A stretch of DNA of 64,000 bases. Source: Phoronis australis. Its lineage: Eukaryota > Animalia > Phoronida. The notes under the pieces were generated by a model, which worked only from the letters and a program-made list of their open reading frames with translations, was not told where the DNA came from and searched no databases. Below are positions 62,749-64,000 of this stretch, piece by piece; positions within the stretch are counted from its first letter, which is position 1, and every line of letters begins with the position of its first letter. The stretch is taken from positions 513,353 to 577,352 of the forward strand of contig NMRA01000050.1 in assembly GCA_002633005.1 (NCBI GenBank). The letters are read 5' to 3'. The translations under genes and the position numbers were made by a program.

Positions 62749-63230
62749 CTAACGATAACCAGGATAAACAGGTAAACACACCGCTGAGCATGACAACACA
62801 TCAAACCTGACATCTTTCACCTCGTAGGTTTCCTGCACCATACTGTACTTTGCAACATTTCTGATCATGTCGTCACCAGGAAAGTTGTCATGGAGACATA
62901 AATAAACATCATCACTATGCATGCATACAGGACCACATTTGAGATCTGTATCACGGGTACCTGTGTTAACTTCCTCCACAAGTTGTTGCTTCATGTTGAA
63001 TGCGTACAGTTTACTACTGAACATTCCTACCAGATATATGACATCTGTGTGAGGCATTGCACATGTGATTCCTATCTCAAACGGCATTGGAATGTTGATG
63101 AACGTCCAGTCTTCGCTGCTCAAATTGTAACACTGGATCTCGTGCTTGATAACAAATAGATGGTCATTGCAGAATGTCGCGGCAGCTGAGTAGGTGGGTG
63201 TTGGTAATGGTTTCAGCGTACTCCACTCAC
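62749..63230 (-). CDS. terminal exon of a kelch-repeat (KLHL-like) gene; upstream exons beyond the window
   Basis: ttgtttacag acceptor, phase 1; EWSTLKPLPTPTYSAAATFCNDHLFVI..IQCYNLSSEDWT..IYLVG; stop TAG; minus-strand AATAAA at 62281-62286. Confidence 0.8.
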
Positions 63231-64000
63231 CTGTAAACAACAACAGGTGAACTGTGCTTGCTTCCAATCGAGTATCAGCAGAACCAAATTTCATCGTAAT
63301 CCATTAAACTATTCCTATATAATCAATGGGCCACACAATTTTTCACTGGTGCATGTGAATGGCTTAAAGACAGGGACATGGACCAAAGACAACCATTTAT
63401 GGAATATGTCACTTTTTTTCTTACAGTCAATTCATAAATTGCCCGAAAAAAAACAAACTGACAGAACATTCGAACCATGTTAAAATATGTCTGGTTTATG
63501 AAGCACGCTTTCAAGTGTTCCTACTTTTCCTACTTTTTCGGCCAGTTCCTACTTTTCCTACTTCTTTTCTGAAATTCCTAATATTTTCTTTTTCCTATTT
63601 TTTTCTCATTGCTCTGAAATTTCTGTCTAAGTTACATTTCTGGAGTAGTGAGTAGTCGTTTTAGATTATCAGGAGCACAACACAAAGGACTTCCTCCAGA
63701 TGGGAAAATGCCTGGGGTTATTAATTAAGATGCCTAATAACTAATGAACTTCTAAGTGAAAAAACATCTTTTTCTGAAAGATAAAAAAATAGTAACTCTG
63801 GACACCATATCCACAACTTGATGCCATTTTTCCTGGTGTTTGCAGATAAGACGGGGGTGTTTGGACCCTAACAGATAACAAGACTCCCAAAAATGAACTT
63901 GAACAAAAGAGGAAATACGACAATTTTGATTCATGTTTATGGATAAAACATTTGAAATGAACAAAAATACAACCGAAGACATAAAAAATCCTTGTGTTGT

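Overview
Intron-rich animal (invertebrate-type) genomic DNA, not prokaryotic; most ORF-track entries are spurious or exon/TE fragments. (1) 0.3-35.5 kb, + strand: 3' part of a hemolectin/hemocytin-like gel-forming mucin (VWF-family) locus, reconstructed by eye as 33 GT-AG exons with consistent phases. Four exons (WxxW/CysD, PTS+Cys-rich, VWC-like, LDL-A) are followed by TWO complete, paralogous C-terminal modules, each starting with phase-1 PTS exons and ending in its own cystine-knot (CTCK) stop exon and AATAAA: a short module A (5894-12028, 8 exons, ~523 aa, no VWD) and a long module B (15059-35262, 21 exons, ~1098 aa, VWD-C8-TIL-VWD[GDPH]-C8-TIL-VWC-CTCK) with no visible first exon of its own. 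Best reading: one gene with alternative 3' ends. Introns carry minisatellites, MITEs, SINEs and a LINE fragment. (2) ~38.9-61.5 kb: a dense mosaic of about 16 decayed TE fragments from many superfamilies (Gypsy, BEL, piggyBac, CACTA, Sola3-like, ISL2EU-like, pogo), with every recognisable coding fragment on the + strand; candidate flamenco-like uni-strand piRNA cluster. (3) 62.7-63.2 kb, - strand: terminal exon of a kelch-repeat gene pointing into the TE block. One assembly gap (32763-33500). No rRNA, bona fide tRNA or CRISPR array. All family assignments come from motif recognition, not database searches.
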